From Octopus sinensis (lineage: Eukaryota), in assembly GCF_006345805.1 (NCBI RefSeq), contig NW_021835426.1:1-40254 (forward strand): a stretch of 40,254 nt of DNA, in the 5' to 3' direction. The position numbers and the translations under genes are program-made. Shown one piece after another: positions 13,216-24,036 of the stretch. The notes under the pieces are model-generated. The model was not told where the DNA came from and ran no database searches. It saw only the letters and a list, made by a program, of their open reading frames with translations. The first letter of the stretch is position 1. Every line of letters starts with the position of its first letter.

Positions 13216-13785
13216 CAGCAAGAAGAATTTAGCAATAACAACAGTGATTGAACGACCATAAAACCCGTATCGATTCTTAAATAGCGGGTGCTTAAAGTGT
13301 CCTCTGCATTATCATAATGGTTAACGCTTCCAAGAGAGTGGCAGTGGTTCCTCGAGTGTTTGTTAGTAGTAGTAGTAGCAGCAGCAGCAGTCAGAAAACA
13401 CTATGGGTGTAGCCAGTGAAATATTGATTTTTATTTTCGCTTTGGTTATGTACTCTAATAACAGATTTGTGCGTAAGGTGATAAAAATAGGGGAATAAGA
13501 ATGTCTGATACACTCACTGCTTATGTTCTGTTAAATTATTATTATTTTTTTTTGTGTTTGTTTTTCAGTGTTTTTGTCTGTTTGTTGTTGTTGTTGTTAC
13601 TGTTGTTGTATTCTCCTTGTGAATTGGGTACACGGTGTAGAATCATTTTTTCCCGATATTCTGTGAGTCTTTGTTGGATCTGTCCAAAATTATATATCAC
13701 CTGCTATTTAGTCTTTTGTTTTTTGTTTTTTTTGGTTTTTCTTCACATAATTCTTTGGATAAATATTCCCGTTGTTGGTTTAACA

Positions 13786-13990
13786 TTTACTTGTTTCAGT
13801 CATTAGCCTACGACCATGCTGGGGCACCGCTTTGAAGAATTTTTAGTCTTTAGACGAATGAATTGACGCCGGAACTTATTATCATTTTTGTAGCCCGGTA
13901 CTTATTCTATTGGTCTCTTTTGCCGATCGCTAGGTGGCAAGAACGTAAAGACACCAACACCGGTTGTCAAGAGGTGGTAATGGAAAAACA
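13786..13990 (-). mobile_element. SINE family A, 3' half
   Basis: TTTACTTGTTTCAGTCATT..CCATGCTGGGGCACCGC..CGGTTGTCAAG. Confidence 0.75.
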
Positions 13991-14274
13991 TCTAGGACTA
14001 CATTATCCAATTCTCCCTTGAAGGCAGAATTCTTTATCTTTTACTACTGCCATACTAAGGGACCATTTAAAGGGTCTTTGTCTAACAACATAATCTAAGC
14101 ACTTATTTCAGTTTAAGACCGATATTCATTTCAAAGATACTTTTGCCGAACCACTCAGGTACAGAAAGGGAAAGAAACCAATACTTGGGGCCAGTTAGTG
14201 AGGAGAACACAGACGCACGCACGCACACACACACACATACACACAGGCGCGCACGCTCACAAATAAACACACGT

Positions 14275-14460
14275 ATAGTGGAGGTTCATGTCTTGGCGGT
14301 TAAGGTGTTGGATGCACGATCGTAAGTTTGTGATTTCGAGACTTTGGTTGAGCAATGCATCGTGTTCTTGAGCAAAACTCTTCGTTTTACGTTGCTGAGC
14401 AACGTCCTCTCAGCTGGCAAAAATGAATTCTTCTTCCACGGGCCAGCGTCCTGTCCATAG
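14275..14460 (+). mobile_element. SINE family C, degenerate
   Basis: TGGCGGTTAAGGTG..CACGATCGTAAG..GTGTTCTTGAGCAAAAC..CAGCTGGCAAAAATGA. Confidence 0.65.
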
Positions 14461-14589
14461 AGAGTGAGAAAATATATGCCACAGAAACCAGAAAACTACG
14501 ACTCACGGATTTTATCCGTTTTTACACACACACACATACACACGCGCACACACACATATACACGCGCACACGCACACACACACACACGC

Positions 14590-14757
14590 ACACATATATA
14601 TGTATATATGCGATGGGCTTCACGTAGTTTCTATCAAGGCATTGGTCACCCAGGCGCTTTAAAAAATGCATCTCTTCAAAATGCCGTGCAGTGGAACTAA
14701 AGTCAAAACTACATGGTTTCAAAGCGTACTCCTTAAACACATGGCCATGTCTACGCC
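14590..14757 (-). mobile_element. Degenerate 5' half of a family A-like SINE
   Basis: CGATGGGCTT..GCCGTGCAGTGGAACT..ACATGGTT..AAACACATGGCCATGTCTACGCC resembles the family A head. Confidence 0.5.
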
Positions 14758-14920
14758 TTCATTTCTGTTCCATAGTTAAGCCTCCTCTCCTTAGTTTACA
14801 CTTGATTAGGTCTTATTCTCTTCAAAAAGAAAACTTTTGCATGTATATAAATAATTAGTTGAAATGATAGCTCACTGCAACATACTATGAATAATTTGAA
14901 TGAGCCTATTAAACTCTAAG

Positions 14921-15332
14921 TTTACTCCTGATGAAACGGATAACTTTAATGTAATATCAATTATGCAATTACATAAATGAAGTTTTTACTCCTCCTATTG
15001 GAACAGCTGTAGAGAACAATTACGTTATAAATGATATGTGAAATTTATGCTTTTCATCATATCTTATTCTTAGTAACTCTATCTCACTATATTTTTAACA
15101 GATTTTTCCCAATTTTACTCCTGATGAAACGGATAACTTTAATATAATATTAATTATGTAACTATATAAATTAAGTCTTTTTTTTACTCCACCTATTGAA
15201 ACAGCTGTAGAGAACAATTAAATCATGAATCATAAGTGAAATTTATGCTATTCTACGTATTTTATTATTAACTCTGTCTTACTATATAGTAACTCTATCT
15301 CACTATATTTTTAACTGATTTTTCACAATTTT
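14921..15332 (+). repeat. Tandem dimer (193-bp spacing), probable PLE pLTR remnant with hammerhead-like cores
   Basis: TTTACTC-CTGATGA at 14928 and 15121. (G/A)AA-CAGCTG-TA-GAG at ~15000-15014 and 15198-15212. Confidence 0.6.
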
Positions 15333-15753
15333 CCACAATTTCCATTTTCTTTCTACTTTTTCTTTATAATTCTCTGTCAGTTTCGAAATCTATTTTGTAT
15401 TGATGTCTTTGTCAAACGAAAATAGTTCGTGTTTTGTATCTACTTTTAGAAATGTTACATTATTCTTTACCAGATAATTTTCTATTCCAACACATGATAT
15501 TATGTAATCAATTTCTTTTTGCACACATTTCATCCCGCCACGTTATTTTCAATAAATACATCCTGTCTATGTCAGATATTTTAAGGGAGGTGTATTCTAG
15601 ATGTGGTCATTATGATTCTTATTTGTTTTTCTGTCTAGTCTTGCTAATCCATTTACCGTCCAGCTGAGAATGGTGTAGCTGGTACTTATTACTAGGAGAG
15701 CTACAATATTACAGCTTTATATATACATTTTGGATTTATTATTATTATTAATC

Positions 15754-17231
15754 TATGTTTGACTTTTGCTTTATGTTTGTACAAGTTGGCTCCAAGTCTC
15801 ACCCAGAGACCTCAAGAGACAACAGGTTGGAAGTTCACGTTGTTGTTATGCCTAGTGTGCCATATATTTGGGGTTTTTTACGTGTTGTACTAGTGAATGT
15901 CTAATAAATAAATTTAAAAAAAGCTTGTTTTAAACCTTGGGATTACATAGAGAGTATATTGCGTAGGATATGAGCAGTTCCCACGAGCACTATCTTTTGA
16001 ATTTCTGCCATTTTTGGGTTTCCTGGTATCTGAGTTAGGTGGCAATCAGCCCCTTTTGCTATCATTCCCAGGGTACCTATGACAACAGGTATTGTATTAG
16101 TCTTTAGGTTCCACATTTTGCTGATTTCTATTTCAAAATCTTTATATTTGCTCAGTTTTTGGTAGGTCTTGACAGATACGTTTATATCGATTGGGACAGT
16201 CATATCAATGAGGAGGCATGTTCTTTGTCTGAAGTCTTTCAATATGATGTCTGGCCTATTTGCATCTATCTTTCTGTCAGTTTGAATGGTGAAGTTCCAG
16301 AGGAGTGAGATGTGATCATTTTCAAGCACTGGAGGTGGTTTGTGTTCCCATCAGTTTTTATCATGGGGCAAATCCAGGTTTTTGGAAATTACCCAGTGAA
16401 TATATTTTGCAGCTCTATCATGCCTATTGAGGTACTCTGTAGGCGCTAGAAGACTGCACTTGGAGACAACATGATCAATGGTTTCATTTTGTTGCCGACA
16501 TACACGACATGTTGGGCTACTGCCGTTCTTTAATATGTTGGCCTGGTAGTTTCTTGTTGGTAGGCATTGATCTTGAGCTGCTATGATAAACCCCTCTGTT
16601 TCAGATTTTAAGCCAGCGGCCATTAGCCATTGATGGGTCAGGGCTTTTCAATATCTGCATTATTCGCTCTCTTTGGGTATTTGCCATAGAGAGGTTTTTC
16701 TTGCCATTTATTATTCAGAATATCTAAGGCCGCAGTTTTGGCACGGGTTTTCATGAGCTTAGCTTTTTCTGTGCTTGTTTCTTGTATGTCAATCTCTAAT
16801 TCCGAAATTTGTTGTATTCGGAATTCACTTAGATATTCCTTTGTCTGTTTTGTTACTGAGTATGATGCTTTCTTGTTTTCATGTTTTGAGCCAAGTTTTA
16901 ACATCCAGTCCTCAGACTTTTTCAGGTAGGTGTCTAGGCCAATTGTAGCAATCTTCATTGTTATTGCCAGTTGTAAAAGTCCACGGCCTCCCTCTTTTCT
17001 TGGCAGATAAAGTCGTTCTGTATCTGCCTTAGGGTGGTGCATTCTATGCATTGTCAACAGTTTTCGTATTTATCTGTCGAGATGACATATTTCAGTAATT
17101 GACCAGTTAACGATATTGAAACTGTAAGTCACGACTGGTATGGTTAATGCATTGATCGCTTCAACCCTGTTTCTTGCATTCAGCTCTGTCTTGAGTATTG
17201 CTCTCACTCTTCGATAACATTCTCTCCTGAG
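15754..17231 (-). mobile_element. 5'-truncated R4/Dong-type non-LTR retrotransposon (RT thumb, CCHC knuckle, restriction-like endonuclease, 3' UTR)
   Basis: RVEAINALTIPVVTYSF; LYLPRKEGGRGL; LKSETEGFIIAAQDQ; CRVC..ETIDHVVSKC; RHD; RPDII..D..K..KY. Two in-frame stops and one frameshift. Stop at 15943-15945, ~190-nt 3' UTR, (TAA)n on both flanks. Confidence 0.9.
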
Positions 17232-17276
17232 AATTATTATTGTTGTTGTTGTTATTATTATCATTATTATTATTAT

Positions 17277-17311
<35 letters not shown>

Positions 17312-17335
17312 TTATTATTATTATTATTATTATTA

Positions 17336-17952
17336 TATGTTTGACTTTTGCTTTATATTTGTACAAGTTGGCTCCAATTCTCACCCGGAGACCTCAAGAG
17401 ACAACAGGTTGGAAGTTCACGTTGTTGTTATGCCTAGTGTGCCATATATTTGGTTTTTTATTTAGTGTTGTACTAATGAATGTCTAAAAAAAAGAATGTT
17501 TGTTTTAAACCTTGAGATTACATAGAAAGTATTTTGCATAGGATATGAGCAGTTCCCGTAAGCACTATCTTTTGAATTTCTGCCATTTGGGGATTCCTGG
17601 TATCTGAGTTAGGTATCAATCAGCCCCTTTTGCTATCATTCCCAGGGTACCTATGGCAATAGGCATTGTTTTAGTCTTTAGGTTCCACGTTTTGCTGATT
17701 TCTATTTTAAAATCTTTATATTTGCTCAGTTTTTGGTAGGTCTTGACAGATACGTTTATATCGATTGGGACAGTCATATCAATGAGGAGGCATGTTCTTT
17801 GTTTGAAGTCTTTCAATATGATGTCTGGCCTATTTGCATCTCTCTTTCTGTCAGTTTGAATGGTGAAGTTCTAGAGGAGTGAGATGTGGTCATTTTGAAG
17901 CACTGGAGGTGGTTTGTGTTCCCACCAGTTTTTTCATGGGGCAAATCCAGGT
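17336..17952 (-). mobile_element. Second, shorter 5'-truncated copy of the same R4/Dong-type element
   Basis: Same 3' terminus (..GTCAAACATA), 3' UTR and RLE segment (KDFKQRTCLLIDMTVPIDINVSVK) as 15754-17231, with (TAA)n on both flanks. Confidence 0.9.
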
Positions 17953-17964
17953 TTATTATTATTA

Positions 17965-18013
<49 letters not shown>

Positions 18014-18015
<2 letters not shown>

Positions 18016-18225
18016 GGCGACGAGCTGGCCGAATCGTTAGCACGCTGGGCGAATGCTTAGCGGTATTTCGTCTGCCGTTACGTTCCGAGTTCAAATACCA
18101 CCGAGGTCGACTTTGTCTTTCATCCTTTCGGAGTCGATGAAATAAGTACCTGTTACGCAGTAGATTCGATTTAATCGACTAACCCACTTCCCCACAAATT
18201 TTCAATACCTTGTGCCTAGATTAGA

Positions 18226-18226
<1 letters not shown>
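18014..18226 (+). mobile_element. SINE family B, alternative tail variant, between (TAA)n tracts
   Basis: Family B head and centre, then CCCCACAAATTTTCAATACCTTGTGCC instead of the array-forming tail. Confidence 0.85.
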
Positions 18227-18310
<84 letters not shown>

Positions 18311-18316
18311 CTCCCT

Positions 18317-18367
18317 ATTGATGTATCAATACCAGCAGATGACAACGTGTCTATAAAAGAAATGGAG
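18317..18367 (+). mobile_element. 51-bp RLE fragment of a different R4/Dong-type family
   Basis: Translates IDVSIPADDNVSIKEME, which aligns to IDMTVPIDINVSVKTYQ of the neighbouring copies. It directly follows (AAT)n. Confidence 0.65.
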
Positions 18368-18421
18368 ACCAAAGCCTTCTGAGTAGATTTGGTAGACGGA
18401 AACTGAAAGAAGCCCGTCGTG

Positions 18422-18480
<59 letters not shown>

Positions 18481-18728
18481 TGTGTGGTGTGTGTGTATGT
18501 TTGTGTATGTATATCTTTGTGTGTCTGTGTTTGTCCCCACAACATCGCTTCGCAACCGATGCTGGTGTGTTTACGTCCCCGTAACTCAGCGGTTCGGCAA
18601 AATAGCCGATGGAATAAGTACTAGGCTTCCAAAGATTAAGTCCTGGGGTCGATTTACTCGACTAAAGGCGCTGCTCCAGCATGGCCACAGTCAAATGACT
18701 GAAACAAGTAAAAGAGTAAAAGAGAGAG
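18368..18728 (+). mobile_element. SINE family A, 5' head missing
   Basis: Starts at ACCAAAGCC..GATTTGGTAGACGGAAACTGAAAGAAGCCCGTCG and runs to the family tail. Confidence 0.85.
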
Positions 18729-18917
18729 TTATCCATATTCCACAGGCATAACGAAAAAGCAAAATCAACAACTGTTGCTAAAACTATGATATTATAAGAA
18801 CCAGATCCTTGTGCGTTTAGGCTGACATTATGTGTAAGACCACACTCACAGAAAACAAAGAAAATCAGATTCAACACCTGTTGCAGTAATTGTCTGAGAG
18901 TCAATTGTTCTACTCCC

Positions 18918-19380
18918 GGATTTTTTCGGTTTGAACGGCAGTTTTTTCTAGCGGTGTCATATGAAATTGTCACCCATAATTATGACCCTAGTATCGATCT
19001 ATTGCATTTCAATCTGTTTTAGGGTTAGGATTAGGGTTACTTATAGTTAGTCAGGGTTAGGGTTAGGATTAGGGTTAGGGGTGGGGGAGGGGTATCTTTT
19101 TTTCTTCACAAAGGTAAATAAACCCAATCAGTTTCTTAAACGAGGGACATATTCATACGGCACAGAATGTTTATTTTTACCTCAATAGACGTCAGTGATT
19201 GGTTGAAATTGTAGAAATGGAAGAAAAAATCCAACAAATATCTTACAAACTATACGCTTTTCTCAATAAAGCCAAGAGAAAAAGATGTTTTATAAATACA
19301 TTCTACCAGTATACGAAGTTTAAAATCTTTTAGCTACCTAGAAATTATGTTAAAATCTACCGTTCAAACCGAAAAGATCC
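18918..19380. mobile_element. Non-autonomous TIR element (MITE-like) with internal TTAGGG-type repeats
   Basis: 29-bp TIRs GGATTTTTTCGGTTTGAACGGCAGTTTTT / revcomp GGATCTTTTCGGTTTGAACGGTAGATTTT (3 mismatches). Flanking direct repeats are AATTGTTCTACTCCC (18903-18917) and AATTGGTCTACTCCC (19381-19395). TTAGGG-like repeats at ~19018-19080. Confidence 0.85.
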
Positions 19381-19889
19381 AATTGGTCTACTCCCTACTC
19401 AATTTACGACAAAAGATCAGTTATACTCATCGCATTCGGATTCTGTTCACAAATATACATCACCACACACGGCTACTTTCTACGCTTGCGTCCACAAACA
19501 ACTCCTCGCTAACATTCCCCATTTCAGAGATTTCAATTTACTAGGCAAAATAGATTGAATTTATTTTACTACTAGTGGGCAGCTTGCCAGTATTGATCGG
19601 GGTTTTACTGGGCGAAATGCCAAGCTTGGTAGCTAGGAGTAGCACTGACAGCACTTTATTATTATATTTTTATAATTACATATTTATTATTAGTACTGTC
19701 ACATCAGAAGAGAAGTCTGGTTGGTTTCTTTTGAATTTTCTTCTCCTAAATATGACGGTTCCCTGCAGGCATTCATTTTTACCGAACTTAAACCGTATAA
19801 AGTAAGTCAGAAGTTATATTTCTTTGCTAAAGAGACGGAAATAAATTGTTAGCGATGTCAAACAGTTCAAACAACAAAGTATATTAATT

Positions 19890-19953
19890 TATTTTTATTA
19901 TGATTGTTTTTATTACTGTTGTTATTATAATTATTGTTATTATTATTATTATG

Positions 19954-20001
<48 letters not shown>

Positions 20002-20235
20002 GTTGTTGTTGTTGTTGTTGTTGTTGTTTTTGTGATTTTTGTTGTTGTTAGCATTATTGATTTTTAAAACAATGTTATTATTTCACTTTTTATTGTCGTT
20101 GTTGTGTTGTTAATTTTATCATCGTGATCATCGTCATAATCCTCCTCCTCCTCCTCATCATCATCATCATCATCAACATCATCGTCGTCGTCGTCGACGT
20201 CGTCATCACCATTATCATCATCATCATCATAGGGA
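19890..20235. repeat. (TTA)n/(TTG)n/(CAT)n tract
   Basis: Direct reading. Confidence 0.9.
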
Positions 20236-20334
20236 AACAAACTGAAAGCAATGTTGCCACTTCGGATAAAATGTTTTTGCGGCACTTCACCGGTCTTTAC
20301 ATTTTGTGTTCAAAAATCCGCTGAGATAATCTAC

Positions 20335-20526
20335 CTAAGATGAGGCACGGTACAATCCCTAATAAGGATAGAATTACTGAACAGAGACTTGATTAAGCAA
20401 ATTGAAACGGAACGATGCAAATACCTTGGTGTACTAGGGTGTAACGACATAAGGGAACGGAAAATGAAAGAGTAACTGAGGATGGAATATTTCCGAAGAC
20501 CGGGGGTAGTGTTGCGCTCAAAATTG
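20335..20526 (+). mobile_element. Degenerate RT fragment of an R4/Dong-like element
   Basis: IELLNRDLIKQIETERCKYLGVLGCNDIRERKMKE*LRMEYFRRPGVVLRSKL contains the (Y)KYLG RT motif. Its end resembles LRRECYRRVRAILKTEL at the 5' end of the 15754-17231 copy. It is not in the ORF track. Confidence 0.65.
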
Positions 20527-20550
20527 CCAGGATTATATAGATATATATAT

Positions 20551-20551
20551 A

Positions 20552-20599
<48 letters not shown>

Positions 20600-20808
20600 T
20601 GTGTCTGTGTTTGTAGCCCAACATCGCTTGACAACCGATGCTGGTGTGTTTACGTCCCCGTAACTTAGCGGTTCGGCAAAAGTGACCGATAGAATAAGTA
20701 CTAGGCTTACAAAGAATAAGTCCTGAGGTCGATTTCTTCGACTGAAAGGCAGTACTCCAGCATTGCCACAGTCAAATGACTGAAACAAGTAAAAGAGTAA
20801 AAGGAGTA
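20551..20808 (+). mobile_element. SINE family A, 3' half
   Basis: (TG)n, then CAACATCGCTTGACAACCGATGCTGG.. through to the tail. Confidence 0.85.
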
Positions 20809-20994
20809 TTATTTTCAATTTATTTAAATTGAAGCAAATACAATGCAAACCAGGGTAAGCGGATAATATAGTAACTAAAGGTTTAAAGGGATCCACATTA
20901 CAACCTTGCATGTAAGATTTTAACCTGATTCATGTCCTAAGCTCTAGCTTAGTAACGACGCTACCTTTACCTAAATTCTTCGATATTTTTCACA

Positions 20995-21198
20995 GGCGCA
21001 GGAGTGGCTGTGTGGTAAGTAGCTTGCTTACCAACCACATGGTCCCGAGTTCAGTCCAACTGCGTGGCATCTTGGGCAAATGTCTTCTGCTATAGTCCCG
21101 GGCCGACCAATGCCTTGTGAGTGGATTTGGTAGACGGAAACTGAAAGAAGCCTGTCGTATATATGTATACATATATAATATTATATATATATATATAT

Positions 21199-21230
<32 letters not shown>

Positions 21231-21416
21231 CATATGTGTTTGTGTGTCTGTGTTTGTCCTCCTAGTATTGCTTGGCAACCGATACTGGTCAAGTACGATA
21301 GAATAAGTACTGGGCTTACAAAGAAAACGTCCCGTTGTCGATTTGCTCGACTAAAGGCGGTGCTCCAGCATGGCTGCAGTCAAATGACTGAAACAAGCAA
21401 AAGAGTAAAAAGAGTA
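20995..21416 (+). mobile_element. tRNA-headed SINE family A, full length
   Basis: A-box-like TGGCTGTGTGGTAAG, B-box-like GAGTTCAGTCC, CORE-like CTTGGGCAAATGTCTT, internal (TA)/(TG) tract, and tail CCAGCATGGCTGCAGTCAAATGACTGAAACAAG + (AAAAGAGT)n. Confidence 0.85.
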
Positions 21417-21429
21417 ACGCAGTGCAATC

Positions 21430-21578
21430 CAAGAGAAATTAGTAACTAAAGAGTTAATGTGATTTCAATTATAAAATTCCATTAAAATTCTATCAAGATT
21501 CATGTCCCAGGACCAGCTTTTTTTCTCTTAAATTATTCATTATTTCCAACAGTTGAAATGTGGTAACGGAAGGGTTAA
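21430..21578. mobile_element. Remnants of a second TTAA-ended MITE family (related pieces at ~20810-20990)
   Basis: Ends GTAACGGAAGGG-TTAA. The similar terminus GTAACTAAAG(A/G)(G/T)TTAA occurs at ~21433 and ~20871, and the internal motif GATTCATGTCC is shared. Confidence 0.4.
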
Positions 21579-22088
21579 AAGACTTCAACATCTTCCAGCC
21601 AGAGGGCAGAGAAGCAGGCATTAAAAATGTCTTTAAAAAGTAAATTGAGGAAGAAAAGATAGCTCGCTATGTTTGTTTTCCAACATTATGCTTGTTTTTC
21701 TAAGATACGGGACGTGTTGTTCTAACAGTGGAATATATTACAGAGCCATCATATCATCGTATCTTGTCATCATCTGCAGATCAGATCAGTCGATGTAGAA
21801 AAACAGAGAATGGTGGCCGACAACTTATATCAAGTTGGAAATCGATACCAAATATCTGATATACGTACACACACACAAACACACGCACGCGTGTGTTTGT
21901 GTAAACACATATGTACTTGTATATGGATATATACACAAATCCATGCATATAGATACATATATACGCACATCTACACATCCACATATGTGTCTGTCTGTGT
22001 TTATGATACACAATCTTCGTCTCTTGGCGTCGATGGTATATATATGTACGTACTGATATATAGACGTATAATATATATATATATATAT

Positions 22089-22121
<33 letters not shown>

Positions 22122-22125
22122 ATAT

Positions 22126-22170
<45 letters not shown>

Positions 22171-22212
22171 ATTAGATGTATATATATATATATGAATGTT
22201 ATAATAAATATT

Positions 22213-22243
<31 letters not shown>

Positions 22244-22930
22244 TATTATATATCTATATATATATGTAGGTACATGTATGAATTCGTGTGTTGGTATATG
22301 TATAAGCGTCTGTAATGTATGTACGTGTATACGCATTATGTCTCGTTGCCGGTGTATTCGTACGAGACGGAGACTCTCCGTTTCTTAGCATAACCGCGAA
22401 TCTAATCCACTTAGAGTTTATTCCATAAATACAAGACAAATGAACTTTTCAAAAGCTATTTGAGGCAAATACAAATGACAATGGTATTTCTTATTTCAAT
22501 TAATCAACAACACTTCCAGCTTCCAGCTACGGCTAATCTTTGTTTGTCATCGTGTCGGTAACGAACAAAAAGAAAACACATGTGCACACACACCCCCCCC
22601 ACACACACACACATATATATATATATACATACACACACACGCACACACTAACTGGGAGATAGATAGTCACATAAACCCAAACACACTCATACACACGTAT
22701 GAATATACGCATATCTACATACACACATGCGTATGACACAGAGGCAGACTCTCGTACATTTATATGTCTATATATATATGTGTGCGTGTGTGTCTGCCGG
22801 TCTATGGATATATATACATAAAACATATGTATGTATATATATATATATATATATATATACCGGAGTAAACACATAAATGTGAAACAAGGTGGAAAAAAGA
22901 GTACTCAAATACCAGTGGTAGAGTAATATG

Positions 22931-24036
22931 CTTATTTTAGCAGCAGAAAATTCAACAAAATCTGTTACTCTGAGTTTCTCGTTGCCGTTCATCAGACAGT
23001 TTTTGCTAGAATGGAACTTATATATTAATTCAATCTATACTCTTACAAACGCTACACCTTTAAAAAGAAATGGACTTGTTTGATTGGCCCTTTAGAAAAA
23101 CGGTCAATCTTCGAGCGATAAACAAAAAGGTCAAAAATATATGTATATATATATAAAAAAACTTATAAAATTATAAAAATTATAAAATCCGAGGAAAAAA
23201 TCGAGGAAAAAACCTATTGCCGTTAATGAAGACAGTACAAATTAATGCATAGAAATTAAACCTGTTATAAATACTGCAATCATATTTATATTAAAATCCA
23301 CATATATATATCAACATACACAAAAGGATGCGCGTAAACGCCATACATACATATACAGACGTATGAATATGAATCTAAATTATACACATAAAAGCATGTG
23401 TACATATATTCACGCAAACCGTCTCGCACGCAAGCTAAAATTCATCTATGTAGCAATTCTCATATACTGAGCAAGGAGGGGGAACGAAAGAAAGGGAAAG
23501 AGAGAAAAAGGAATGAAGGAGGGGTGGGGAAAAACTTGTAGCGATGTTATTGGCATCTATAGAGGCCAGTATACATACACAAGTTTGAATTGATACATAT
23601 ACATACCGTCGTGTGTATGCGTGCTTAAGCACAAGCATACTTTCACTTACACATACACAGATACGCATGCTTACAATACATATGCTTTGCTATACACATA
23701 CTTATATAAACATTCTAATTTTGACAACATTGCTTTTTTTAAAAAAACATTGCTTTTAAAAAATGGGTGCATTAATAAAAATATATACGAAAGACATATA
23801 AAATAAAATGTAACATCCTATTTTGGGTCATTTATAAATAATCAAGGTAATATAAATAATCAAGGTAATCCTATGCAATACAATAACATGAAAACAAAGT
23901 TTGTAGGTTTTTCCTAATATATATGTAGAAACAATAAGATTTTGCTATAGATCCGTCGTAGCGCTCAAGAGTCAAAATCAAAATCAAAAATCAAAATACA
24001 AAATATATACTCTATCCATATGGTATATTTATATTC
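22931..24036 (-). repeat. Left inverted arm (inverted copy of the PLE 3' UTR/pLTR)
   Basis: Reverse complement of 26015-27075 plus a 45-nt insertion at 23777-23821. PLE-like sequence continues about 70 nt further out, to ~22861. Confidence 0.92.
22962..22999 (-). ncRNA. Minimal type I hammerhead ribozyme (mirror copy)
   Basis: Exact reverse complement of the 38-nt motif at 27005-27042. Confidence 0.8.

Noticed and set aside
19018-19080. Chromosome end or telomere fusion site
   Set aside because: The tract is short, degenerate and enclosed within a TIR element.
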